From the NCBI GenBank assembly GCA_016938685.1, contig JAFGUD010000510.1, forward strand, positions 10,568-74,567: a stretch of DNA of 64,000 nucleotides, read 5' to 3'. The notes below the pieces were generated by a model. That model saw only the letters and a program-made list of their open reading frames with translations, did not search any database and was not told where the DNA came from. Source of the stretch: Bacteroidales bacterium (GTDB taxonomy: Bacteria > Bacteroidota > Bacteroidia > Bacteroidales > JAFGUD01). Positions 8,950-18,026 of this stretch are shown here, one piece after another. The position numbers and the translations under genes were made by a program. Each line of letters begins with the position of its first letter. Position 1 is the stretch's first letter.

Positions 8950-9642
8950 ATGATTGACCCGATAAGATACCTATACGAAAATTATAGTTTTGAAAAGTCC
9001 CAAATAAGAGAATTAATTACCGGATTAAGATATTTAGCTGTTTTGCTAAAAAATGGGGAAATTGGTGTTTGCGCAACTTTGAGCAACGATTTTGATCTTT
9101 CCCTTGATGATTTTGACAAGCCCAATTTGAATGACTTTCGGCATCGAATTTTATTAAACGCGTACTATAATGCCATTTTTAATACTGAAAAAAATGACTA
9201 TAAATACGGAGATATTACTGAAATTATTGATTTTAAGAACATTAAAGATCTGGTTATGATTGGTTATTTCAGACCGGTTGTTGAAAAATTTCAAAAAGCA
9301 GGTATTAATGTTCATATTTTTGATTTAAAAAATAAAGAGGTAACCGTTCCAATGGAATTTCAAAAAAATTACCTAAAAAAATGCGATGCCGCAATAGTTA
9401 CGGCAACTACTTTTTATAACAATACTTTTTTGGATATTACTGAAAATTGCTCCGGCGACATCTACATTTTAGGACCTTCTACAATTATGCATCCCTATAT
9501 CTTTGAATTTAGTAATGTTAAATATTTATTTGGAAGCTTATTTGAAAGAAATGACAATAGAGTTCTTGATATTATTGGCCAAGACCTGGGAACAAGACAC
9601 TTTTTAAAATTAGGGAAGAAAGTTTTTTTGAATCAAGAATGA
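8950..9642 (+). CDS. DUF4213/DUF364 Rossmann-like protein (putative heavy-metal or cofactor chelation domain family)
   Basis: Family-like layout: N-terminal LITGLRYLAVLLKNGEIGVCATL, C-terminal Rossmann-like IGYF...AAIVTATT. The first ATG is at 8950; the ORF-track TTG at 8917 is less likely. Confidence 0.6.
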   Translation: MIDPIRYLYENYSFEKSQIRELITGLRYLAVLLKNGEIGVCATLSNDFDLSLDDFDKPNLNDFRHRILLNAYYNAIFNTEKNDYKYGDITEIIDFKNIKDLVMIGYFRPVVEKFQKAGINVHIFDLKNKEVTVPMEFQKNYLKKCDAAIVTATTFYNNTFLDITENCSGDIYILGPSTIMHPYIFEFSNVKYLFGSLFERNDNRVLDIIGQDLGTRHFLKLGKKVFLNQE

Positions 9643-9852
9643 GTGAATGCTTGAATGATAGAATGAGTGAATGCTTGAATGATAAAATGATAAAATGATA
9701 AAATGATAGAATGATAGAATGATAGAATGATAGAATGATTAAATGATAAAATGATAGAATGAAGTCGGAAGTCAGCAGTAGACAGTTGGCAGTTTGTTGA
9801 AGACTGAGAACTGAAGACTGAAAGACTGAAAGACTGAAAGACTGAGAGATTG
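9637..9852. repeat. 27 phase-locked octamers (gaatgagt/gaatgctt/gaatgata/aaatgata ... gaagactg/aaagactg)
   Basis: Counted unit by unit: 216 nt = 27 x 8 with no indel. The first unit contains the TGA stop (9640-9642) of the upstream gene. The first 24 nt are duplicated exactly (9637-9660 and 9661-9684). Confidence 0.95.
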
Positions 9853-9853
9853 G

Positions 9854-10056
9854 GAACTCGAAACTCGGAACTGGGAACTCGGAACTCGAAACTCGAAACT
9901 GGGAACTCGGAACTGGGAACTCGGAACTCGAAACTCGAAACTCGAAACTCGGAACTCGGAACTGGGAACTGGGAACTCGGAACTCGGAACTCGGAACTGG
10001 GAACTCGAAACTCGAAACTCGGAACTCGGAACTCGGAACTGAGGACTGAAAGACTA
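9854..10056. repeat. 29 phase-locked heptamers (gaactcg/aaactcg/gaactgg ... gaactga ggactga aagacta)
   Basis: Counted unit by unit: 203 nt = 29 x 7. Ends 6 nt before ATG 10063. Confidence 0.95.
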
Positions 10057-10062
10057 AAAAAA

Positions 10063-11757
10063 ATGGAATTATATAAAAATAAAACAAAAACAATTTGGTA
10101 TAAAGCCGCTGCTTTGGGAAGTATTTGGGCGAGTTTTGAAATTGTACTCGGAAGTTTTTTGCACAATGTTCGTTTTCCTCTCTCCGGAACGTTATTAGCT
10201 ACTTTAGGAGTGATTTTAATGATAACTTTTGCTCAACTTTGGAACGAAAAAGGACTTTTTATTAAAGCTGGTCTTATTGCTGCGCTTATGAAATCAATTT
10301 CTCCAAGTGCAATTCTTATAGGACCAATGACAGGCATTTTTATCGAAGCTTTATTCGTTGAAATAAGCATTTTCCTAATCGGTAGAAATATATTTGGATA
10401 TTTAATAGCCGGAATTACAGCCCTGTACAGTGTTGTTATTCATAAAGTTGCAACATTACTTATTTTGTACGGCTTTGACATTGTCAGAATTACCGAAAAC
10501 TTGTATTTTTTCCTATCTAAACAACTAAACATAAACAATTTAAGTTTTTTAAACGCTCTCTTAATTTTAAGTTTTGCTTATGTAATATTAGGATTTTTTG
10601 CTGCTTTAATAGGCTTCTACACTGGAAAAATAACAAAACAAAGTAACAAAAACAATTTAGAGTTTAATGTAAAAGGATTCAAAAAAGATTTTTTAGACAT
10701 CAAAACAACTCAAAAATTTTCAGTTTATTTTTTGATATTACACCTGATAACTATCACGTCTATTTTTATTATAATCAGCAACTTAGCATTAGAATTTTCT
10801 GTAATAATCAGCGTAATTTACTTGATTTTTTGTTTTTTTAGATACAAGTCAACTTTTAGACATTTTAAAAAGGTTGGTTTTTGGATACAAATTCTAATAA
10901 TACTAATTATTTCAGTACTTTTTTACAGCGGAGTTCAAAATCTTTCGTTATTAAATAAAGATGGCTTAATAGCTGGTTTGACAATGATTTTAAGAATGTT
11001 TGTACTTGTTGTTGGATTTGCAGCAATAAGTGTTGAATTAAGAAATCCGTTTGTAAAAGCTGTTTTATTCAGAAACGGTTTCGGCAATCTGTATCATTCT
11101 TTGGGACTTGCTTTTTCAATTTTGCCGGTATTAATGGAAAAAACGACAAATCCTAAAGTTCTTGTCAAACAGCCAAGAAAAAGCATAGTTTCAATAGTCC
11201 AAAATGCAAATTCAATATATGAAAATTTTGTTGAAAATATTAAGCAAAGAAAAGTTATCATAATAACCGGAGAAAGAGGCGAAGGGAAAAGCACATACTT
11301 GCTAAATCTGACTAAAATTCTGAAAGAAAAAGATGTTTCAATTGGTGGTTTTATTGCAAAAGGACACGTAAAAGAAGGAAAAAGAAGTGGCTTCTCTATT
11401 GTGGACTTACATTCAGGCAAAGAAATGTTGCTAAGTTCTGTTGAAAAAATAGGAGAAACAAAAATCGGAAAATTCTATTTTGATTCAAACGCATTAGAAT
11501 TTGGCAAAAATATTACTTCTTATGAAAACATTTCCAAAGACAGATTTGTTGTAATTGACGAAATTGGTCCATTGGAGTTAAAAAGTCAAGGTTGGTCTTC
11601 TGTTGTCGAACAAATTTTTGAATCGCCTGAAATAATGCAAATATGGGCAGTACGAAAAGATTTAGTAAACAGTGTTTTAAGAAGATTTGCTGTTTCGGAA
11701 GCTACAATTTTTGACATTAAAAATGATGATATTGAGTCGGTAATAGAAATAATTTAA
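10063..11757 (+). CDS. Polytopic membrane protein fused to a C-terminal P-loop NTPase (THEP1/DUF2478-like)
   Basis: Start placed at the first ATG (MELYKNK...); the 71 codons upstream merely translate the heptamer repeat. About 10 hydrophobic segments over ~400 aa. Walker A GERGEGKS and Walker B FVVIDEIGPLEL. Confidence 0.75.
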   Translation: MELYKNKTKTIWYKAAALGSIWASFEIVLGSFLHNVRFPLSGTLLATLGVILMITFAQLWNEKGLFIKAGLIAALMKSISPSAILIGPMTGIFIEALFVEISIFLIGRNIFGYLIAGITALYSVVIHKVATLLILYGFDIVRITENLYFFLSKQLNINNLSFLNALLILSFAYVILGFFAALIGFYTGKITKQSNKNNLEFNVKGFKKDFLDIKTTQKFSVYFLILHLITITSIFIIISNLALEFSVIISVIYLIFCFFRYKSTFRHFKKVGFWIQILIILIISVLFYSGVQNLSLLNKDGLIAGLTMILRMFVLVVGFAAISVELRNPFVKAVLFRNGFGNLYHSLGLAFSILPVLMEKTTNPKVLVKQPRKSIVSIVQNANSIYENFVENIKQRKVIIITGERGEGKSTYLLNLTKILKEKDVSIGGFIAKGHVKEGKRSGFSIVDLHSGKEMLLSSVEKIGETKIGKFYFDSNALEFGKNITSYENISKDRFVVIDEIGPLELKSQGWSSVVEQIFESPEIMQIWAVRKDLVNSVLRRFAVSEATIFDIKNDDIESVIEII

Positions 11758-11790
11758 TTTGTATTATGCTACTATTTTTTCAACTTTAAT

Positions 11791-12123
11791 TTAGCTGGAA
11801 TCACGATTATATTCTACAAATGTATATTTCCCACAAACAGGACATAAAAATTCTCCAAAAGTATCATCAACTCCCATATCATAAGGCTGATAATGATACC
11901 AAAGACATTTAATCTCTTTGCTGGCGCAATCTTCATTGCCACATTCAAATTGATCTGCAATCCACCGAAAATAAATTAAATCACCTTGCCTTTTTAGGTA
12001 ATCCTGATAACTAAAAGGAGTTTGACGCTCATTTTCAGGTGATTGAGGCGTATCATTAACCCAAATTTTAGCTCCTTTTCTAACAAAATGATTTCCGGGA
12101 TTTTTTAAATAAAAATACTTCAT
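11791..12123 (-). CDS. Hypothetical Cys-rich protein (possible zinc-ribbon, CPVCG near the C-terminus)
   Basis: 110-aa ORF with normal-looking composition and no recognisable family. Confidence 0.5.
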   Translation of the reverse strand: MKYFYLKNPGNHFVRKGAKIWVNDTPQSPENERQTPFSYQDYLKRQGDLIYFRWIADQFECGNEDCASKEIKCLWYHYQPYDMGVDDTFGEFLCPVCGKYTFVEYNRDSS

Positions 12124-12249
12124 AATTTTTTATTAAAACCATAACTACAGGTTACGAATAATTTACAGTCAAAATTACAGATTTTTTCAAATTTAGTGAT
12201 ATAAAAACGGCAACAAGGTTACCTTTAAAAAACAACTCTGAATTGTAAG

Positions 12250-12663
12250 CTATTTTAAAAACTTATCTTTAAACAAAACATAATGTTCGTCCATTATTTT
12301 ATCAGCCTCATAAGAATATTTAGCCCCATTTTCGTATATAAATTCTCCAGATATTTCAAATCCATTTTCTGAGATCATACCGGAAAAACTTAAAATTAAA
12401 TCATTTACCGAAAAAGAAACATTTTCATCACTAATTTTAACATCATTCATTTCATAAATTACTTCATATTTTCCCTTCTCTAAAATTGCAAAAGAGCCAG
12501 AATATTTATTTTTTTTTATTGTCTTAAACTGTAAGACATGTACTTTTGTCAAACTATCAGATAATTTTTCAACCCAAAAAGCAGCGTGCGTATCTTCATT
12601 GACTTCTGTGCCACAGCTTAAAAATAAGAAAAAAGTGAGCGTTAAAAACAATATTGATTTCAT
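12250..12663 (-). CDS. Hypothetical lipoprotein
   Basis: Signal peptide with lipobox (FLFLSCGTE); 137 aa. Confidence 0.6.
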   Translation of the reverse strand: MKSILFLTLTFFLFLSCGTEVNEDTHAAFWVEKLSDSLTKVHVLQFKTIKKNKYSGSFAILEKGKYEVIYEMNDVKISDENVSFSVNDLILSFSGMISENGFEISGEFIYENGAKYSYEADKIMDEHYVLFKDKFLK

Positions 12664-12814
12664 AGCTTATTCTTTTGATTTTTGTAAAATTAAGCAAAAA
12701 ACATTCAAAAATCACCATTATTTTACGAGAAGATAAACAAACTTTCGGCCATAACAGTCATAACAATTTCCAAACCTCCAATTGCTGTGGTGTTATGTTT
12801 TTTTAATTAATTTG

Positions 12815-13267
12815 TTAAATTTCCTGCAAACTATTCAAAACGCTTAATGTTATTCGTTCTACTTCTTGTTTATCCATTTCTTCCTGACTTTCAATTCCAT
12901 AAACAACATAAATACCTGAATTTAATTTAAAAATCCCTGTTTCTAACATAATAGGTTTTGGAATAGTTTTGTTAATTATTTGAGATTGAATTTCCTTACC
13001 TAAAATTGCTCTTTTTTTAATAGAATCAGGATTTTTACCGGTTGCAAAAAACACATTTTTAGCATACTCAAGAAACTCTTCAGGTGTCATTTGCATTTCT
13101 TCCATTGCTTTTTTTGTGTATTCAACAAAATTCAACGAAATAAGCTCTTCTCCAATGTTAGCTTTATCAGGATAAATCATGGTATAAGCATCTAAACCTA
13201 GTTTTTGCGGTTCTGAAAACAATACGTCGGTTTCAAACTGAAGATTAACAATGTGATATTTTTTCAT
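12815..13267 (-). CDS. Hypothetical protein
   Basis: 150-aa ORF with no recognisable motif. Confidence 0.5.
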   Translation of the reverse strand: MKKYHIVNLQFETDVLFSEPQKLGLDAYTMIYPDKANIGEELISLNFVEYTKKAMEEMQMTPEEFLEYAKNVFFATGKNPDSIKKRAILGKEIQSQIINKTIPKPIMLETGIFKLNSGIYVVYGIESQEEMDKQEVERITLSVLNSLQEI

Positions 13268-13454
13268 ATACGTGTTTTTAAAAGTTGTATTGTGTTTTTT
13301 ATGTTCAATTTTTTATGTTAGCTAGCATTTTTCTCACATAAGATATCTAAATGTCAAAGTTAAATATTTTTCCCGAAAAATCATATATCAAAAACCACTT
13401 TTATGACATAATTCGCGAAAATTATTCAGTTTTTATTCCCTAAACCTGCATCAA

Positions 13455-13492
13455 AACAAAACCCGCCAAATTACATTTTGTCGGGTTTTGTT
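13455..13492 (-). terminator. Terminator-like hairpin downstream of pepC
   Basis: 11-bp stem aacaaaacccg (13455-13465) / cgggttttgtt (13482-13492). The U-rich stretch lies partly inside the 3' arm. Confidence 0.5.
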
Positions 13493-13517
13493 CATTTCTT
13501 ATGTAATTATCCATTTT

Positions 13518-14900
13518 CTATTTGTCACTACTAAAAGCAGGATTAAAATAAGGTACAGGCTCCGGTTTTTGTTTTAGTACATCTAGTATTTTTGTGTTCA
13601 AATACTTCTTATTTATCACTAAACGGAAAAAATATTCGGTAAACCATTCATCGGTCATTGTTAAGTAACCGCTGTTTCCATAATCGCCACCCCAACTATT
13701 TTCGAGCTTCCATTTTGTTGGTTTTCCTTCGGCGTTTAAATCAACTCCGCAAAGAGCCATTCCGTGTGAAGAACCGCTTTGATGAGTTAACATTCTTTGC
13801 TCGCGGGTCATGTTAAATTCTACTCCAAAAAGACTTTCGTAATCGTAATTATTCAAATCCAAAGTTCCGTTTGTTTTTGAAAGTTGTTTGCCAACATCAC
13901 ACGAAAAATACATAATTTCTCCGGCTTTAATCGACTCAATTGCAATTGCTTTCAAATCGGCAGAAGGAACATTTACAAAAGTCCAGTCGATTCCTTCGTA
14001 AACATTTTTGTCGTTTTCTTTTGTGTAAAGTTTGTAATATTCTCGTGTTGGGTCGTCTATAAACATCACATAATCATCAACATTTGCATTTACATTTTCT
14101 TCCCAGAATGTAAGCGGGGTGTATGTTTTGTAATCTGATATTTTTCCGTCTTCGTCTTTGTAACGCCACTGAAATTCTGTTGGTGGTTCGCCAAGACTAA
14201 TTGCAAGTATTCTATATACATCTTTCAAAATCGCTAATTTAGTAGCCTGAATTTCTTTTTTTGATGCTTTTTTGCTTATCAAATCTCTAATCTTTAATCC
14301 ACCTTCTCTCAATTTTTCATTAATTAGAAAAATCATTTTGCCGGTACTTTTACTTTGAGTACTCTCAGGCATAATATCTTTGGGAACAACTCCATATTTA
14401 ACAACAAGATTTGTAAACGAATTCCACGCTCCACCATCTCCAACAGGTGAATCAAATAATGTAAAAACTTCTCTTGAATAAATATCTTCAGACCCCGAAG
14501 CAATTACTCTTTCAAGAAAAATATTGGATTTTTCAAGAATATCCCAAAAATATAGATACGATTCTGAAAATTCAAAATTACTAATATTCAACTTTTCCAT
14601 TACAACCGGTCTGAAAACATTCAAACTTGTAAACATCCAACATCTGCCGGAACTATTTTGATTTGTTATGCTACCGGATTTTACTTCGTACTCAAAATAA
14701 TGATCTTCTTTGTCTGCAAAATCTCTATTAAATGCTAAATCGTTGATACTATTATTAGTAACAGCATTTCTTATTGCGAGGTCTTTTGCATCGGGTTTAT
14801 ACGAAGATTTTAATTGCTCAACCATTTCAGAATTAAGATTTTGACTAAATAAATTTCCCATAACAACTAAAAGTGTTAAAGTTAAAACGATTTTTTTCAT
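13518..14900 (-). CDS. pepC: Aminopeptidase C / bleomycin-hydrolase-like C1-family cysteine peptidase, with signal peptide
   Basis: NSSGRCWMF (catalytic Cys), SSHGMALCG (His) and ENSWG (Asn); 460 aa. Confidence 0.85.
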   Translation of the reverse strand: MKKIVLTLTLLVVMGNLFSQNLNSEMVEQLKSSYKPDAKDLAIRNAVTNNSINDLAFNRDFADKEDHYFEYEVKSGSITNQNSSGRCWMFTSLNVFRPVVMEKLNISNFEFSESYLYFWDILEKSNIFLERVIASGSEDIYSREVFTLFDSPVGDGGAWNSFTNLVVKYGVVPKDIMPESTQSKSTGKMIFLINEKLREGGLKIRDLISKKASKKEIQATKLAILKDVYRILAISLGEPPTEFQWRYKDEDGKISDYKTYTPLTFWEENVNANVDDYVMFIDDPTREYYKLYTKENDKNVYEGIDWTFVNVPSADLKAIAIESIKAGEIMYFSCDVGKQLSKTNGTLDLNNYDYESLFGVEFNMTREQRMLTHQSGSSHGMALCGVDLNAEGKPTKWKLENSWGGDYGNSGYLTMTDEWFTEYFFRLVINKKYLNTKILDVLKQKPEPVPYFNPAFSSDK

Positions 14901-15085
14901 TTGATATATTTTTACAATTTACATTAAAAAACTAAAACAATTTACATTTTTAAGAAAAACTAGGATTACTAATTTGATTACAATTTTAATCAAAAATTTT
15001 TAGTTATATTATTAACAAAATATATTTTAGCAATTGAATACTCCAAAAATAAAAAATTGTTTGAAATTTCAAAAAATTAAATAAA

Positions 15086-17830
15086 ATGCCAAGTTATTTT
15101 AAAGTCTTAATTTTCATATTATTATGTTCGTCAGAATTCTCCATTTTTGCACAAGATGATATAATTTCTGTTTCGTCCGACAATCAATATATTGCAATTT
15201 TACAAAAACAAAAACGACTTAGAGATACTATTTATATAAAAGACACAACAAACTACAATACATCTACAATGCTACTGTACGACGCTTCAATAGAGATTTA
15301 TGAACCTTCGACAGGAAATAATATTCAAATTCTTCAACTTAAAACTAAAAGAAAAAATAAAGTTACAAGTGCTTTTTTTAGTAAAAATAAATTTATTTTT
15401 TGCGTAAACGATCAGGGAACTAAACATGTTTGGAATGTTCCGTCCGGCAAAAAAATTAAAACCGTTGAAGCTGACACAATTATACTTTCAAATATTGCAA
15501 ATTCTTTTTATGCACAAAAAAACAACCGCATAATTAAACATTCTTATTATTACAACACAAGCAAAGAATACAAAATCCCGGAAGATAATCCAATCACTAA
15601 AATAGGAATTACTTCTGATGATAAATTTTTATTAGCAAAAGGCAACGAAGATAAAATTTACATTTGGAATATTCGTTCTTCAAATGATGAAATAACAACT
15701 ATTTTCGGCGAGGATTTTTCTACAGATGATCAAGGTAATTTTTTCATTAGCAAATATTATAAAGGAACTGTAAATATTTCAAAATTTAATGCGGAAACTA
15801 ATGATTTAGAGTACAATAAAGAAAGAAATATCAACAGCAAAACGTATGTAAAACCAAGTAAAGTAATCAAAAGAAAGGTAAAAAAAGACCAATCGGAGTT
15901 TAGTCCTGACGGAAAATATTACACTTACACTTGGCGTCAAGGATTTTCTAAAAACATTACAACTATTAATCTACAGACCGGAACAAAGGTTTACGAAACA
16001 AAAAAAGACTTCAAAAAATATAACAAAACAACTCCATATTTCTACAACGACTCTATTTGTATGCTTCAAAAAGACGACAAAACTGTTAGTATTTTTGATT
16101 TAAACACTAATAAAGTAATTGACGAAGTTTCTTACTCTAAAAAAATTGAACCATCACAAATATTATTTGACCAAAAAGCTGTTGCAATTATTGATGAAAA
16201 CAGAAAAATTCTGGCTGTAAAAGATGAGGAAAACATTAAAGAAATTGAAGGTTATATTCCAATAAAAGGTTTAAACAATACAAACGAATTTTATTTTGCA
16301 AAAAACAAAAAAAACGAACTTGAATACTTTCCTGTTAAAAATATAATGAACGATAGTTCAAATTTAGTTCTCGAAGAACCGAAAAAGAAAAATCTGAAAA
16401 TTAAACAAGAATTTCAAAAATTCAGACTTGACACAAATTCTTATGTTTCAATCAACGATTTATCGCATGTTTCCAAAGCAAAAGACACAACAACTCATTT
16501 GGTTGTAAAATCAGTTCAAATTGGCGAAGATTTTACCGGTTTGCAGTTTTACGTTCTTGATGACAATAATAATTTCTACTACGGAATTTCAGAAGAAAAC
16601 TGGCAAAATGTTATTTGCGGAGTAACTATTGAAAATGAATACGGAGAAATTATGCCGATTGACGACTATCAAATAATGGAATATAGCGAAAAACAAGGAA
16701 CTCCGGTAGCAATGTGTTTTGTGCTCGATCACAGCGGTTCAATGGGAACTACAAACGCAACTCTTATGCAACAAGGTCTTTTGAGTTTGGCTAACAAAGT
16801 TAAAGGAAACGAAGGTATTGCAATTGTTAAGTTTGATGAAGACATTGAAACTACTGTAGAAATGACAGGAAAAACATCAACAGTTGCCAAAGAATTTGAG
16901 GTAAAAGGACTTGACGGTTTTGGTGGTGCCACTGCCCTACTCGATGGTATTAATCAAGGATTAGATGTTTTAATAGAAAGCGACAAATATCAAAATAAAG
17001 CTCTTGTTGTACTTACCGACGGCTACGAAAATTCTTCATCTTCAACAAAAAATCAGGTTTTGCTCAAAGCAATGCAAAATAACATTGGAATATACGCAAT
17101 TGGTTATGGTTCTAATATTGACGTTGAATTTTTGAAATCTATTTCGACAAATACAAGTGGTGGTTATTACTGGATTAACAACAACAACATGTTTGATGAC
17201 GTATTTGAAGATGTGTACAAAAACATGAAAAACTATTACACTATCAATTTCAACACGCCTTATCCGGGTTTGTACAAAATAAAACTTGAACTTTGCCTTG
17301 AAGATTCTTACGATAGTGTTGTTTATTACTTCGACAATTATGTGCCAAACATATTATTTACAAACGAGCGCAACGAATATGATTCTTTGTTTGAAGTAAT
17401 TACAGGGATTGGCGACACAATTACTCTCGATAATTTTAATTCTTATAAAATATACAAAGACATTCAATTTGTTGAGTACAAAAAAGAATTTGACTCTATT
17501 ATTTTTCCCGACATAAAATTTTATTTTGATGAAACCAGAATTGTTGAAGGTACTGATAAAGAGCTTATAAACGTGATCAATTTCATGAAAAAATATCCGC
17601 AATTACGCATTGAAATACAAGGACATACTGACAGTAAAGGAGGTTTATTATACAACGAAAAACTGTCGCAAGCCAGAGCCGAAAAAGTTCGTCAAATTAT
17701 GGTTGATGCGGGAATTGAAGCTCAAAGAATTAGAACAATAGGTTACGGCGAAACAAAACCGATAGACACAAATGACACAGACGAAGGACGACAAGAAAAC
17801 CGAAGAGTTGAGTTTTTGCTGATAAAATAG
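15086..17830 (+). CDS. Secreted beta-propeller-like + VWA + OmpA-C-terminal domain protein
   Basis: Signal peptide; MIDAS motif VLDHSGSMG; C-terminal OmpA peptidoglycan-binding motif (IEIQGHTDSKG...NEKLSQARA...NRRVEF). Confidence 0.8.
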   Translation: MPSYFKVLIFILLCSSEFSIFAQDDIISVSSDNQYIAILQKQKRLRDTIYIKDTTNYNTSTMLLYDASIEIYEPSTGNNIQILQLKTKRKNKVTSAFFSKNKFIFCVNDQGTKHVWNVPSGKKIKTVEADTIILSNIANSFYAQKNNRIIKHSYYYNTSKEYKIPEDNPITKIGITSDDKFLLAKGNEDKIYIWNIRSSNDEITTIFGEDFSTDDQGNFFISKYYKGTVNISKFNAETNDLEYNKERNINSKTYVKPSKVIKRKVKKDQSEFSPDGKYYTYTWRQGFSKNITTINLQTGTKVYETKKDFKKYNKTTPYFYNDSICMLQKDDKTVSIFDLNTNKVIDEVSYSKKIEPSQILFDQKAVAIIDENRKILAVKDEENIKEIEGYIPIKGLNNTNEFYFAKNKKNELEYFPVKNIMNDSSNLVLEEPKKKNLKIKQEFQKFRLDTNSYVSINDLSHVSKAKDTTTHLVVKSVQIGEDFTGLQFYVLDDNNNFYYGISEENWQNVICGVTIENEYGEIMPIDDYQIMEYSEKQGTPVAMCFVLDHSGSMGTTNATLMQQGLLSLANKVKGNEGIAIVKFDEDIETTVEMTGKTSTVAKEFEVKGLDGFGGATALLDGINQGLDVLIESDKYQNKALVVLTDGYENSSSSTKNQVLLKAMQNNIGIYAIGYGSNIDVEFLKSISTNTSGGYYWINNNNMFDDVFEDVYKNMKNYYTINFNTPYPGLYKIKLELCLEDSYDSVVYYFDNYVPNILFTNERNEYDSLFEVITGIGDTITLDNFNSYKIYKDIQFVEYKKEFDSIIFPDIKFYFDETRIVEGTDKELINVINFMKKYPQLRIEIQGHTDSKGGLLYNEKLSQARAEKVRQIMVDAGIEAQRIRTIGYGETKPIDTNDTDEGRQENRRVEFLLIK

Positions 17831-17965
17831 TTGGTGAGTTATCGAGTTGTTGAGTTATCGTGTTATCGAGTGGTCGAGTTATCGGGTTATCGAATTGTCG
17901 GGTTGTCGAGTTATTGAGTTATTGAGTTGTCGAGTTGTCGAGTTGTCGAGTTGTCGAGTAGACAG
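17830..17965. repeat. 17 phase-locked octamers (gttatcga/gttgtcga/gttattga family)
   Basis: Counted unit by unit: 136 nt. The first unit starts on the G of the TAG stop (17828-17830). Ends with gtagacag. Confidence 0.95.
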
Positions 17966-18026
17966 CAATCAATCAAATATTTGCAAAAAAAACATCAGTA
18001 TTAACTAAAAATCATTCAATTCACTA

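Noticed and set aside
9637-10056. Possible CRISPR array (also considered for 17830-17965 and 24421-24588)
   Set aside because: The period is 7-9 nt with no unique spacers, no 25-40-nt repeats, and no cas genes in the window.
9850-10062. 71-codon N-terminal extension (GTRNSEL)n of the membrane-NTPase gene, starting at TTG 9850
   Set aside because: It has no ATG, the peptide is a pure repeat translation, and a normal ATG (10063) begins the hydrophobic protein. The block is stop-free and in frame, so a slippage-dependent extension cannot be formally excluded without proteomics or Ribo-seq.
9572-10166. Minus-strand ORFs 9572-10093 (173 aa) and 9633-10166 (177 aa) running through the repeat array
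   Set aside because: Their sequences are only the periodic translation of the 7/8-nt units (SSEFRVPSS..., SFYHSIILSF...). They overlap each other and the real start of the 10063 gene, and they stay open only because the repeat units lack stop codons on that strand.
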